64,000 nucleotides of DNA, taken from the IMG/VR virus record IMGVR_UViG_3300043119_000732; one strand, written 5' to 3'. Under the pieces are notes generated by a model. The model was not told where the DNA came from. It ran no database searches and saw nothing but the letters and a program-made list of their open reading frames with translations. Position numbers and translations under genes: made by a program. Source of the stretch: a virus (lineage: Duplodnaviria > Heunggongvirae > Uroviricota > Caudoviricetes). Shown piece by piece: positions 8,193 through 17,330 of this stretch. Within the stretch, counting starts at the first letter, position 1. Each line of letters opens with the position of its first letter.

Positions 8193-9848
8193 TCCACTAT
8201 AGCAGATGCATTATACTTTGCTATATTTGGTACTACATTAAGAGAACTTAAGAAAGAGTTTATATCAAACAATATAACTCAAAATACATGCGAAGTGCAA
8301 TTAGAATTCGATGTTAATCAAAACGGTAATACAAACACATACAACATAATAAGAACATTATCACCGTCTAGATTGTTTCTTTATAAAGATGGTAATGATA
8401 TAACATTAGATACTATTGCAAATACAAATTCGTATATTGAAACTGTACTATCATCATCACCTGAAGTATTTAGAAATTGTGTACTGATGACATTAAATGA
8501 TACTCTACCTTTCATGTCAAAGTCTAAAGTAGAGAAAAGAAAGTTTATTGAACAAATATTCAATTTGCAGGTTTTCTCTGCAATGATGTCTTCTCTTAGA
8601 GAAGACCAAAACAGCACAAAGAGAGAACTAGACATAGAAAATGCCAGACTTAGTGAAATTAAAAACAGTGTATCTGCCTTTGAAAAGCAAAAGGAGTTAA
8701 AGTCTAAAGAAAAAGAGACCAAGATATTAGCGATTAATAAAAAAATCAAAGATAACGAGGCAGAGATACAAAAGATTGAAACTGATATTCAAAATGAAGT
8801 TATAATAAATCAGACTGAAAAGAATACAGAATTAGAAAAATATACTAAGGCTTTGGTTAAGGTAGAAGAACTATGCAATCAGACACTTGGAAATGTAGCA
8901 ACAGTAAAAAACGAAATCAAAACCAAAAAAGAGCAATTACAAAAAGTAGGTACTACTGAACAGATTTGCCCTACATGCTTACGTCCAATATCAGAACACG
9001 ATATAGAGGAGATAGAAAAAGAAAAGAAAAATATGCATAACGATGTGCTAAAATTAGTAGAGACATTATCTGCATATGTAAAAGAGGCAAATGGTTTAGA
9101 AGATAAAAAGTCCAAAATAAAGAAACACATAGATAGTCTTAATAAAGATATAAAGCTTGCAGCAGTGCAAGAAACTACAAGACAGTCAAATAAGAAAAGA
9201 ATTACAGATTTACAGAATTTAAATAAACAGTTACAAGAAGGTAGCATAACTATATCAAACGATGTCACGACTTTTGATGAATTAATAAAAGAGGCAAATA
9301 CAAAGATAGAAACATCCAATAATACAATTCAAAGTCTTAAAAAGAAAGCTGATATGCTTGAGGTTGTAAAGTTTGTAATAAGTGAAGAAGGTGTAAAGAG
9401 TTTCCTAGTAAAGAAAATTCTACAAAACTTTAACGCAAAATTAGCATTCTACCTCAAGAAGCTAGATAGTAATAGTATATGCATATTTAACGAGTATTTT
9501 GAAGAAGAGATATTAAACGAAAAAGGTAAGATATGCCTTTATAATAACTTCTCTGGTGCAGAAAGAAAAGCTATTGATTTAGCATGTCTTTTCTCATTTA
9601 TTGATATGAGAAAGACTCACGGAGATGTATACTATAATGTAACTGTATATGATGAACTATTTGATACCAGCTTAGACCAACGTGGTGTAGAGCTAGTAGT
9701 AGATATTCTAAAAGAAAGAGTAGAAACGTTTAAAGAATCTATTTTAATTATCTCGCATAGAAAAGAGAGTGTAAAAGCTGTAAACGGAGATATAATCTTT
9801 CTTGAAAAGCATAACGGAATAACAAAACGTGTAAACTTTGTTGATTAA
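7824..9848 (+). CDS. gp46: Split-intein C fragment (123 aa) fused to the gp46/Rad50 C-extein
   Basis: Block B CSGNHRVF, block F LYDLQV, block G YYSNGITSHN|S. The extein STIADALYFAIFG has a coiled coil, CPTC zinc hook, FSGAE signature and YDELFD Walker B. Confidence 0.92.
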   Translation: MKATVKQIADFYKVYPQYKGHIDVETRFGFNPIDEADVTAYNEQVYEIETDAGKNLKCSGNHRVFTGVEFVKVQHLNVNEIVHTKDGCETIKYVRGTNLFKNLYDLQVRNVKEYYSNGITSHNSTIADALYFAIFGTTLRELKKEFISNNITQNTCEVQLEFDVNQNGNTNTYNIIRTLSPSRLFLYKDGNDITLDTIANTNSYIETVLSSSPEVFRNCVLMTLNDTLPFMSKSKVEKRKFIEQIFNLQVFSAMMSSLREDQNSTKRELDIENARLSEIKNSVSAFEKQKELKSKEKETKILAINKKIKDNEAEIQKIETDIQNEVIINQTEKNTELEKYTKALVKVEELCNQTLGNVATVKNEIKTKKEQLQKVGTTEQICPTCLRPISEHDIEEIEKEKKNMHNDVLKLVETLSAYVKEANGLEDKKSKIKKHIDSLNKDIKLAAVQETTRQSNKKRITDLQNLNKQLQEGSITISNDVTTFDELIKEANTKIETSNNTIQSLKKKADMLEVVKFVISEEGVKSFLVKKILQNFNAKLAFYLKKLDSNSICIFNEYFEEEILNEKGKICLYNNFSGAERKAIDLACLFSFIDMRKTHGDVYYNVTVYDELFDTSLDQRGVELVVDILKERVETFKESILIISHRKESVKAVNGDIIFLEKHNGITKRVNFVD

Positions 9849-9883
9849 TTAAGAATACAATAACCAAAACAATAAATATATAT

Positions 9884-10753
9884 ATGAACATAGATATTGT
9901 TTATGAAAGTAGGCATCAAAATACAAAAGGTAAAGCTAAAGAAATTATAATAAATTATATTGAAGGTTACTCAGCGTCAGAACTTGCTAACCTATATGCC
10001 GTTAATGTATCTGTAATTAGAGAAATAATAATTAAAAACGGTGTTTCGTTACGTAATAAAAAAGAATCCAGAAACATATTAAGATATAATGAAAAAAGAA
10101 ACAATACAATTTACAAAAAATTTACAGAAGATGAGATAAAAGATATTATTCAGGAGTATTCCAACGGTAAGGGTGTCAATTATGTATCCAAAAAATACAG
10201 CGTAGATAATTGTGTTATTATTAGAGTTTTAAATGAAAATGGTATTAAAAAAAGAAACAGAAAAGAACAATATAATTATAAAAATGTTACTAACGAATTG
10301 TTTAAACAGACCATTATATTAAAATATAATGGTTGGGGTGAATTAATAAAGAGATATCAAGAAAAATTTAAAGAAGAGTATGGAGTTATTAACCCTATGC
10401 AAGTTGCAGAGTATTTTGAAAAACAACAAAATAGCGCTTTTTCTATAAAAACATTTATAGTAGGAGAGAAGGAATTTAAAACACAAGGCTATGAAAATAA
10501 AGCAATTAATTTATTATTAGCTAAAGGTTATACAGAAGATGATATCGAAACAGGTAAATGTAACATGCCTCCCTTTACGTATACATATAATGGTAAAGAG
10601 CATAGATATTATCCAGATATTTTTATAATTAAAGAAAAAAGAATAATTGAAGTTAAAAGTGAATACACATTTAAAATTGATTTGGAAAGAAATTTAGCAA
10701 AAAAGAAATGTGTAGAAGAAAACGGTTATAAATTTGATTTCTTAATATTTTAA
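9884..10753 (+). CDS. Free-standing PD-(D/E)xK endonuclease with N-terminal HTH-like repeats (putative homing endonuclease)
   Basis: YYPDIFI...IIEVKS motif, repeated helical units, and paralogy with 32279..33301. Confidence 0.75.
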   Translation: MNIDIVYESRHQNTKGKAKEIIINYIEGYSASELANLYAVNVSVIREIIIKNGVSLRNKKESRNILRYNEKRNNTIYKKFTEDEIKDIIQEYSNGKGVNYVSKKYSVDNCVIIRVLNENGIKKRNRKEQYNYKNVTNELFKQTIILKYNGWGELIKRYQEKFKEEYGVINPMQVAEYFEKQQNSAFSIKTFIVGEKEFKTQGYENKAINLLLAKGYTEDDIETGKCNMPPFTYTYNGKEHRYYPDIFIIKEKRIIEVKSEYTFKIDLERNLAKKKCVEENGYKFDFLIF

Positions 10754-10775
10754 AATAATATACTGTATATAAATT

Positions 10776-12242
10776 ATGTTCGTACCTAATTCAATAAATA
10801 GACCTAGACTACCGTTTAGTGACCCTACACAGCAAATACAACAAACAGTACAGCCTCAACGACAGAGTGAAGAAATGCTTCCACCAGAACTATCTTTGCC
10901 AAGATTTTTAAACTACTACGCAGACTACTCAGGCTAAACCTTGGCCCATTATATAGTAATATATAATGCAAACTCCTTTAATTGCTGGAAACCTTAACTG
11001 GTAATCAGCAGCGAAGCCATAACGGAACGTTCAACGACTATCACAAAAGTGAGTACACATCAAGTGATGTGGAAATGGGGAGCACCTTACGAGGTGATGA
11101 TATAGTCTAATCTATATAGAAATATATAGCAGCTTTAATAAGCGGGTTTTAATTAACGATTTAAACTGAATATAAATGGTGGTCACTGGAGAATGATCTG
11201 GCCTGAGCAAGTACTCAACGCTCATCAAAAGGCTGTTGTGCATGGTACAACAGTAATGAATCTAGATCCAAGATATTATACTATGGTAAAGTCCGTAAGA
11301 ATTCAAAGACAAGCAACAAGACAACAGCTTGAATTTGTAAGATTCTTACGTGATGTTTCAAAACAAAACGGGATGAAAATAATTTATGAAATAGATGATA
11401 TCTGTTTCAAAGAGGACATACCAGACTATAACAAGTTTAAGCCAGCTTTTGATAATCCAGAGATAAGAGAATCAGCATGTGCAATTATGGCTCTGTGTGA
11501 TGAAATTACAGTTACTTGTGATTTCATGAAAGATTACTACAAGAGTAAGACAGGTAATAAGAATGTTACAGTAATTCCAAACTTCATGCCTAAGTTCTGG
11601 TTAGGTAATTATTACGATGGTACTGAAATAATGACAAGTTATGATAATAATAAGAAGAAGCCACGTATTCTCTATACAGGTTCAGGTGCACATTTCGATG
11701 TAGAAAACAGAACAGGAAATTATAACGATGACTTTTTCCATGTGAATAATGTAATTCGTAAGACTGTTGATAAGTTTCAGTGGATATTCTTAGGTGCATT
11801 TCCATTACCGTTAATGGATCTCGTAAAATCTGGTAAGATCGAATTTCATCCATGGTCTAAGTTATATAACTATGGTCAAGATATTGCTAATATTAAAGCA
11901 AATATGATGATAGCACCACTACAAGATAACAACTTTAATAAAGCTAAGAGCGATCTCAAGTATATTGAAGCGTGTGCTTTTGGTCTACCTATTGCATGTC
12001 AAGATATAGTAACATACTCAAATGCTCCTATTAAGTTCAAGACTGGTGATGAAATGATAGACAGAATCAACGAAACTCTTAAAGACCACAAACAATATAA
12101 GGCAATATCAAAACGTGCAAGACAGTATGCAGAAACACGCTGGCTTGAAACGGATACCAATATAGATTGTTACTTAGAGCTATACAGCACACCTTATGGT
12201 AGCAGTGCAAGAAAAAATATAACAAAATACAATCGGGAATAA
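10776..12242 (+). CDS. Glycosyltransferase (GT-B-like), spliced from exon 1 (10776-10935) and exon 2 (11179-12242), 407 aa
   Basis: Splicing restores YADYSG-C-GHWRMIWP. Downstream are YEIDD, PRILYTGS and APLQDNNFNKAKSDLKYIE motifs typical of phage glycosyltransferases. Confidence 0.82.
10936..11178 (+). ncRNA. Group I self-splicing intron (IA2-like), 243 nt, no ORF
   Basis: The 5' exon ends in U and the intron ends in G. P2 CATTATATA-GTAA-TATATAATG; P/Q AATTGCTGGAAA...AATCAGCAG; R TTCAACGACTA; S GATATAGTCT; P7 GACTA/TAGTC; hairpins TCAC-AAAA-GTGA and CACATC-AAGT-GATGTG (P7.1/P7.2); P8 CACCT-TACG-AGGTG; P9 CTATATA-GAAA-TATATAG. Confidence 0.93.
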
Positions 12243-12257
12243 TTATAATATTTCTGC

Positions 12258-14837
12258 ATGAGTTATAGGAACGCTTTTTATAACAGCAAAGAACAGAAGA
12301 TAACTATATTAGGGTGGGATGAAAATGGTAAAAGAAATGTACAAGATTTTACCTATAAACCCCACCTCTATATAGAAGGTCCTGGTGAATATGATTCAAT
12401 ATTCGGTACTAAGCTAGTTAAACGTATATTTAATACTCAATTTGACAGAAGCTCTTTTATCACCAATACAGGTATAACAAGAGTATTCGATAATTTTCCA
12501 TGTGTTCAACAGTTTCTTATAGAGCGATTCTATAAAGATAACGAAACACCCGACTTTAGTAAAAATGATGTAAGAGTAGTATTTATTGACATTGAAGTTA
12601 TTGCAGAAGAGTTTCCTGACGCAAGATATTCGAAATACCCTATCAATGTCATTACTATATATGATTCAACTACAAAGAGATTTATATGCTGGGGCGAAAA
12701 ACCTTTTAATGTAGTCGATAGTGATGTAGACTTTATATATTGTAAAAATGAAGTAGAATTACTTACTAAGTTTATAGATTGGTTTAAATCTGATCCACCC
12801 GATATTGTAAGTGGATGGAATAGTATGGGATTCGATATTCCATATATCATGAATAGGGTACAAAACCTTTTTGGTGATAATACACGTAATAGTTTATCAC
12901 CAGCAGGTAAAACGTACTTCCGTGAAATACACAACGATAAAGGTCAAGACTTGCAGCGCTGGTTTATAGAAGGTGTATCTCTTATAGATTATCTTGACAT
13001 ATATAAGAGGTTCTCACCAGGTGAAAAAGAGAGTTACAAGCTAAACAGTATTGCTAAATTAGAACTAGGTGAATCAAAGGTAGATATTGGTACAGGTAAT
13101 CTAATAGATCTATACAATGAAAATTGGCAGAAGTTTGTAGAGTACAATATTCAAGACGTAAGACTACTTAAGAACCTTGAGTTCAAACTAAGATATTTAA
13201 ACCTAGTGAGAATGTTTGCATATATAGGACTAACTACATTTGAAGCAGCAATGGGTTCTATATCAGTTATAAATGGAGCAGCAGCAATACGCGCTAAACA
13301 TAAGAATCAAATACTGCCTACATTTATACGCAATGTAGAGAGTGGCGTTAACCCCGGTGCGTTTGTTCGTGAACCATTACCTGGATTTAAAAAGCATATA
13401 GTATCATTTGACGCTAACTCTCTATATCCTAATGTGATGATTACTCTAAATACATCACCAGAGACAAAGATAGGTAAAATAATTAAACGAGAAGATGGTA
13501 ATGTGGTAATACGACACGTTACAGGTCAAACATTTACACTTACTGAAGACAAGTTTGCTCTTTTTATACAAAAGGAGAGACTTACTATAAGTAAGGCAAA
13601 TATTATATTCACACAGAAAAAGCGTGGTATATTTCCTGAGGTATTAGATTATTACTACAAGGAGCGTAAAAAGACGCAAGCTAAACTTAAGAAAGTAAAA
13701 CTTCGTATTAAAGAATTAGAAGAACTAAATCAAACAGAATGCGAAGAGTATAATAATCTAAAGAACGAGAGTGTTCAATTAGACTCTAAGCAATTGGCTC
13801 AAAAGATATATATTAATGCAACTTATGGTGCATTTGGTAACAAAAACAATCCATTAGGTGACGACGATATAGCCTCATCTGTAACCTTAACCGGTCAAGA
13901 AGTAATTAAATTTGCAGGAGAGGTTGCTAAAAAGTTCGTAAAAGAGAATGTACCAAATATAACAGAGCAAGATAATAATGATATCGTAGTATATGGCGAT
14001 ACAGATTCTATTTATCTTACTTTAGATAATATTGTACAAAACGGTGTAATATTTTCTAACAAACCTGGCAAGATTAGTAAAGAGTTTTACGATAAAGTAA
14101 AAGAGCTAGGTGATATGCTCAATAACGAAATAAAAGTATGGGGTGAACGTGAATTATTCTCAGAAGATAGTAGGTTTGTATTTAAAAGAGAAGCAATAGC
14201 TGATACCGGTATCTTCTTACAGAAGAAAAGATATATAATACATGTCTTAGATATTGAAGAAATACCTTGTAATAAATACAAATACGTAGGTGTAGATGTT
14301 GTACGTAGTACAATACCATCTGCTGTTAAACCTTATATTAAAGATATAATTGAAACGATGCTCTCTACTCAGGATTATTCTAAAACGAATATATCAATTA
14401 ATAACGTGTGGGAGATATTTAAGACACTACCGATCGAATCTATTGCAACGGTTAGTAATCTAAATAATTATGAAGCAAGAGAACAACTCAGTAATGGTTT
14501 CGAAATAGCCAAAGGTACACCGCATCATATTAAAGCAGCAATATTTTATAATAGACTTATTGAAAAGCTACAGTTAACTAACAAATACGAAAAGATATCA
14601 TCCGGTGATAAAGTTAGATTATTACAACTACAGACACCTAACAAATATAATATCGAAAAAATTGCTTATAAATACTACTACCCTGAAGAATTTAAACAGA
14701 TCTTTCAGCCAGACTACGAATTAATCTTTGAAAAGACTGTACTCGCAGCTGTAGAAAGACTATATGAAAATGTCAGATGGGAATTACAACGGCCAGGTTC
14801 TATTGTTCAAACTAATTTATTTGATTTATTCAGTTGA
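12258..14837 (+). CDS. gp43: Family B DNA polymerase (gp43)
   Basis: DIEV exonuclease, GWNSMGFD, YNIQD, FDANSLYP, KIYINATYG, YGDTDS. Confidence 0.96.
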   Translation: MSYRNAFYNSKEQKITILGWDENGKRNVQDFTYKPHLYIEGPGEYDSIFGTKLVKRIFNTQFDRSSFITNTGITRVFDNFPCVQQFLIERFYKDNETPDFSKNDVRVVFIDIEVIAEEFPDARYSKYPINVITIYDSTTKRFICWGEKPFNVVDSDVDFIYCKNEVELLTKFIDWFKSDPPDIVSGWNSMGFDIPYIMNRVQNLFGDNTRNSLSPAGKTYFREIHNDKGQDLQRWFIEGVSLIDYLDIYKRFSPGEKESYKLNSIAKLELGESKVDIGTGNLIDLYNENWQKFVEYNIQDVRLLKNLEFKLRYLNLVRMFAYIGLTTFEAAMGSISVINGAAAIRAKHKNQILPTFIRNVESGVNPGAFVREPLPGFKKHIVSFDANSLYPNVMITLNTSPETKIGKIIKREDGNVVIRHVTGQTFTLTEDKFALFIQKERLTISKANIIFTQKKRGIFPEVLDYYYKERKKTQAKLKKVKLRIKELEELNQTECEEYNNLKNESVQLDSKQLAQKIYINATYGAFGNKNNPLGDDDIASSVTLTGQEVIKFAGEVAKKFVKENVPNITEQDNNDIVVYGDTDSIYLTLDNIVQNGVIFSNKPGKISKEFYDKVKELGDMLNNEIKVWGERELFSEDSRFVFKREAIADTGIFLQKKRYIIHVLDIEEIPCNKYKYVGVDVVRSTIPSAVKPYIKDIIETMLSTQDYSKTNISINNVWEIFKTLPIESIATVSNLNNYEAREQLSNGFEIAKGTPHHIKAAIFYNRLIEKLQLTNKYEKISSGDKVRLLQLQTPNKYNIEKIAYKYYYPEEFKQIFQPDYELIFEKTVLAAVERLYENVRWELQRPGSIVQTNLFDLFS

Positions 14838-14867
14838 AAATCTCTTATTATAATATAATATACATAT

Positions 14868-15230
14868 ATGTCTAAATATATTACATTCATAGATCAAGTA
14901 GGTAGAAATATTCTAGGTATCAGCGCACCGAGTAAACAAGAAGGCACATTAACAGTCGTTAATCCTGTAATGATTGCGGTTCAACCAGCTAACGGTCAAT
15001 TGCAAATTCAACTAGTTCCTCTATTCTTTGCTGAATTCGTTAAATATAGCGAAATTAACAAGAGAAATTTTGAATTTACATACTCATTAAATTCTATAGC
15101 CTTAGGCTCTAATTTTGAAGTTGATGAAAAGATTGCATCGCAATACGAAAGAATTGTATCAGGTACATTTAACGTTCAACCGGTGACACCAGTAACGGAA
15201 GAACCTAAAGTTATTAAGCTTTTTGAATAA
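14868..15230 (+). CDS. Hypothetical protein (small beta-rich)
   Basis: 120-aa ORF with its own promoter-like upstream region and a downstream terminator. Confidence 0.65.
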   Translation: MSKYITFIDQVGRNILGISAPSKQEGTLTVVNPVMIAVQPANGQLQIQLVPLFFAEFVKYSEINKRNFEFTYSLNSIALGSNFEVDEKIASQYERIVSGTFNVQPVTPVTEEPKVIKLFE

Positions 15231-15240
15231 AAAATAAAAA

Positions 15241-15268
15241 AAGCCCTCTTAAAAAGAGGGCTTTTTTA
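15241..15268. terminator. Intrinsic terminator, likely bidirectional
   Basis: AAGCCCTCTT-AAA-AAGAGGGCTT stem, flanked by an A-run and a T-run. Confidence 0.8.
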
Positions 15269-15272
15269 TGTA

Positions 15273-15440
15273 ATGAATAAAATATATTACGATTTAGCTA
15301 TAAGAGAAGCTTACGAAAAAGGTAAAGCTGAGTATCAATATAAATACGATAAAGTTATAAAATTTTTAGAAGAACACAAGGGTAGAAATAATTATATCAG
15401 TAAAAAGATAAAATTATTACTTGAAGATCTCAAAAAATAG
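15273..15440 (+). CDS. Hypothetical 55-aa protein, not in the track
   Basis: Manual translation MNKIYYDLAIREAYEKGK...LLEDLKK* fills the gap before uvsX. Confidence 0.5.
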   Translation: MNKIYYDLAIREAYEKGKAEYQYKYDKVIKFLEEHKGRNNYISKKIKLLLEDLKK

Positions 15441-15455
15441 ATATAATGCTTATCT

Positions 15456-16568
15456 ATGATAGACAAAGAAATTTCAAAAGTATTAGAATCGATTAATAGT
15501 GTCAATCCGTTCGCAACTTATCTTAATGATAATACGTTAAGTACAGTAAAAGAGTATATCGACACTGGTAGTTATGTATTGAATGCGATTGTATCCGGCT
15601 CAGTACACGGTGGTATTCCAAAGGGAAGAGTAACAGTTTTAGCTGGACCTTCAATGTCTGGTAAATCCTTTTTCGTGCAGCAGATGGCTGCAAATGCACA
15701 GAAAAAAGGTATGACGGTTGTTATTTTTGATACAGAAAACGCTATTGACCCAGAAGGTGCACAACGTCTAGGTCTCGATATCTCAAAGGTAAAATACGTA
15801 CCTTGTATTACGATTGAACAAACCAGAAATGCAATCTATAAGTTCTTAAATTCCGTAAGAGAAGCTAAAATGCATGGCAAATTCTTTATTGTTATAGATT
15901 CCCTTGGCAATCTACAGTCTGAGATGGATATAAACAGAATGGAAAAAGAAAGCACATCTCAAGATACCGGTACCAAAGCACGTGCAATGAAAACACTAAT
16001 GCAGACTTGTACTAATCTTGGTGCAATGACCCAAACGACCATTGTAATGACCAATCACGTCTATGATGACCCAATGGCAATGTATCCATCACTAGAAAAG
16101 AATATGCCAGGTGGTCGATCAGTAGTCTATCTTCCATCAGTAACTATTCAGCTTGCAAGAAAACCTCAAAAGGATGACGGTAAGAATGAAAATGCAAAGC
16201 TTGCACCTGGTCAAAAGAACTATTCTGGTGTAATTCTGAGAGCTCTCACAGTAAAGAATAGATTTATCAAGCAATATCTTGAAGGTGAAATGTTCTTGTC
16301 ATTCTCTACTGGTTTAGATAGATACTACGGGCTTGTAGAATTAGCTGTTGGGCTTGGTGTAATAAACCAATCTGGACCAACTTACTCGCTACTTGATGGT
16401 ACTAAGCTTGGATACTTCTCTAAGTGGGGTAAAGATGAAGACATCTGGAATAAGATTATCTTACCTGGCATGGAAGAGAAAATGAAGATTGCGTGGTCTT
16501 ACGGTTCACAACTACAAACTGAAGTACCTTCAGAGGTTGAAGATGGTGATGAACCGGAACAAAAGTAA
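15456..16568 (+). CDS. uvsX: UvsX/RecA-like recombinase
   Basis: DTGSYVLNA, GPSMSGKS, FDTE, IDSLG, TNHVY, GG...YLPS. Confidence 0.93.
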   Translation: MIDKEISKVLESINSVNPFATYLNDNTLSTVKEYIDTGSYVLNAIVSGSVHGGIPKGRVTVLAGPSMSGKSFFVQQMAANAQKKGMTVVIFDTENAIDPEGAQRLGLDISKVKYVPCITIEQTRNAIYKFLNSVREAKMHGKFFIVIDSLGNLQSEMDINRMEKESTSQDTGTKARAMKTLMQTCTNLGAMTQTTIVMTNHVYDDPMAMYPSLEKNMPGGRSVVYLPSVTIQLARKPQKDDGKNENAKLAPGQKNYSGVILRALTVKNRFIKQYLEGEMFLSFSTGLDRYYGLVELAVGLGVINQSGPTYSLLDGTKLGYFSKWGKDEDIWNKIILPGMEEKMKIAWSYGSQLQTEVPSEVEDGDEPEQK

Positions 16569-16577
16569 TCTAATAAA

Positions 16578-17330
16578 ATGAGTAAATTAGTATTAACAGT
16601 TAGTGGAGGTGCAGATTCAACAGTGCTACTGTATATGGCAGTAGCACAGGGATTTAATGAAATACATACTATAACTTTTGATTATGGTCAGAGACACTCT
16701 AGAGAACTTGAGTGCGTACCTCACCATACTAATATGTTACAAGATGTTTATACTGTAACAATTACCAATAAAGTACTTGATGTTAGGTATATAAAAGATA
16801 TCGCACCAGTTTCATCACTTACTAATCTTAATATTGATAATCCAAATGTTAAGAAAATGGCAGGAGATGCTCAACCCGTATCATACGTTCCATTTAGAAA
16901 TCTGATGTTCTTATCTATATGTTCTGCATATGCAGAGTCCGTAGGTGCAGATACTGTTTGGTATGGTGCTGCTGAAGCGGACTCACTAGCTGGCTACTGG
17001 GATGGTAGCGGGGAATTTATTAATTCAGTTAATAATCTTATATCACTAAACCGTAAATCAAAGATAAAGATTGAAGCTCCTCTCATTGAGATGAGTAAGA
17101 AATCAATCATTGAAGAAGGTATTAGACTCGGTGTGGATTTTAGTAAGACTTGGACCTGCTACTCGAATAGAGAAGATAAATTAGCCGATGCTGATACACC
17201 TTCGAGTAGTCTAAGACTTAGAGGTTTTATTGAAGCCAAATATAAAGACCCCATCAAATACGTTCAACAAGAACGACTTGATGAGGTCTATAAACAAAAA
17301 GGTTGTAGAGATATACCTTATATAAATTAA
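16578..17330 (+). CDS. queC: QueC-like PP-loop ATPase (7-cyano-7-deazaguanine synthase family)
   Basis: SGGADST, FDYGQRH..E, YVPFRN, Y.D....F, TWTCY. The later Zn-binding cysteines are absent. Confidence 0.88.
   Translation: MSKLVLTVSGGADSTVLLYMAVAQGFNEIHTITFDYGQRHSRELECVPHHTNMLQDVYTVTITNKVLDVRYIKDIAPVSSLTNLNIDNPNVKKMAGDAQPVSYVPFRNLMFLSICSAYAESVGADTVWYGAAEADSLAGYWDGSGEFINSVNNLISLNRKSKIKIEAPLIEMSKKSIIEEGIRLGVDFSKTWTCYSNREDKLADADTPSSSLRLRGFIEAKYKDPIKYVQQERLDEVYKQKGCRDIPYIN

Noticed and set aside
6529-9848. A conventional cis-intein with an internal homing endonuclease, broken by errors
   Set aside because: This would need several independent errors. The endonuclease has its own TAAATA-N5-ATG, IntC has its own ATG, and the break follows block A rather than lying between blocks B and F.
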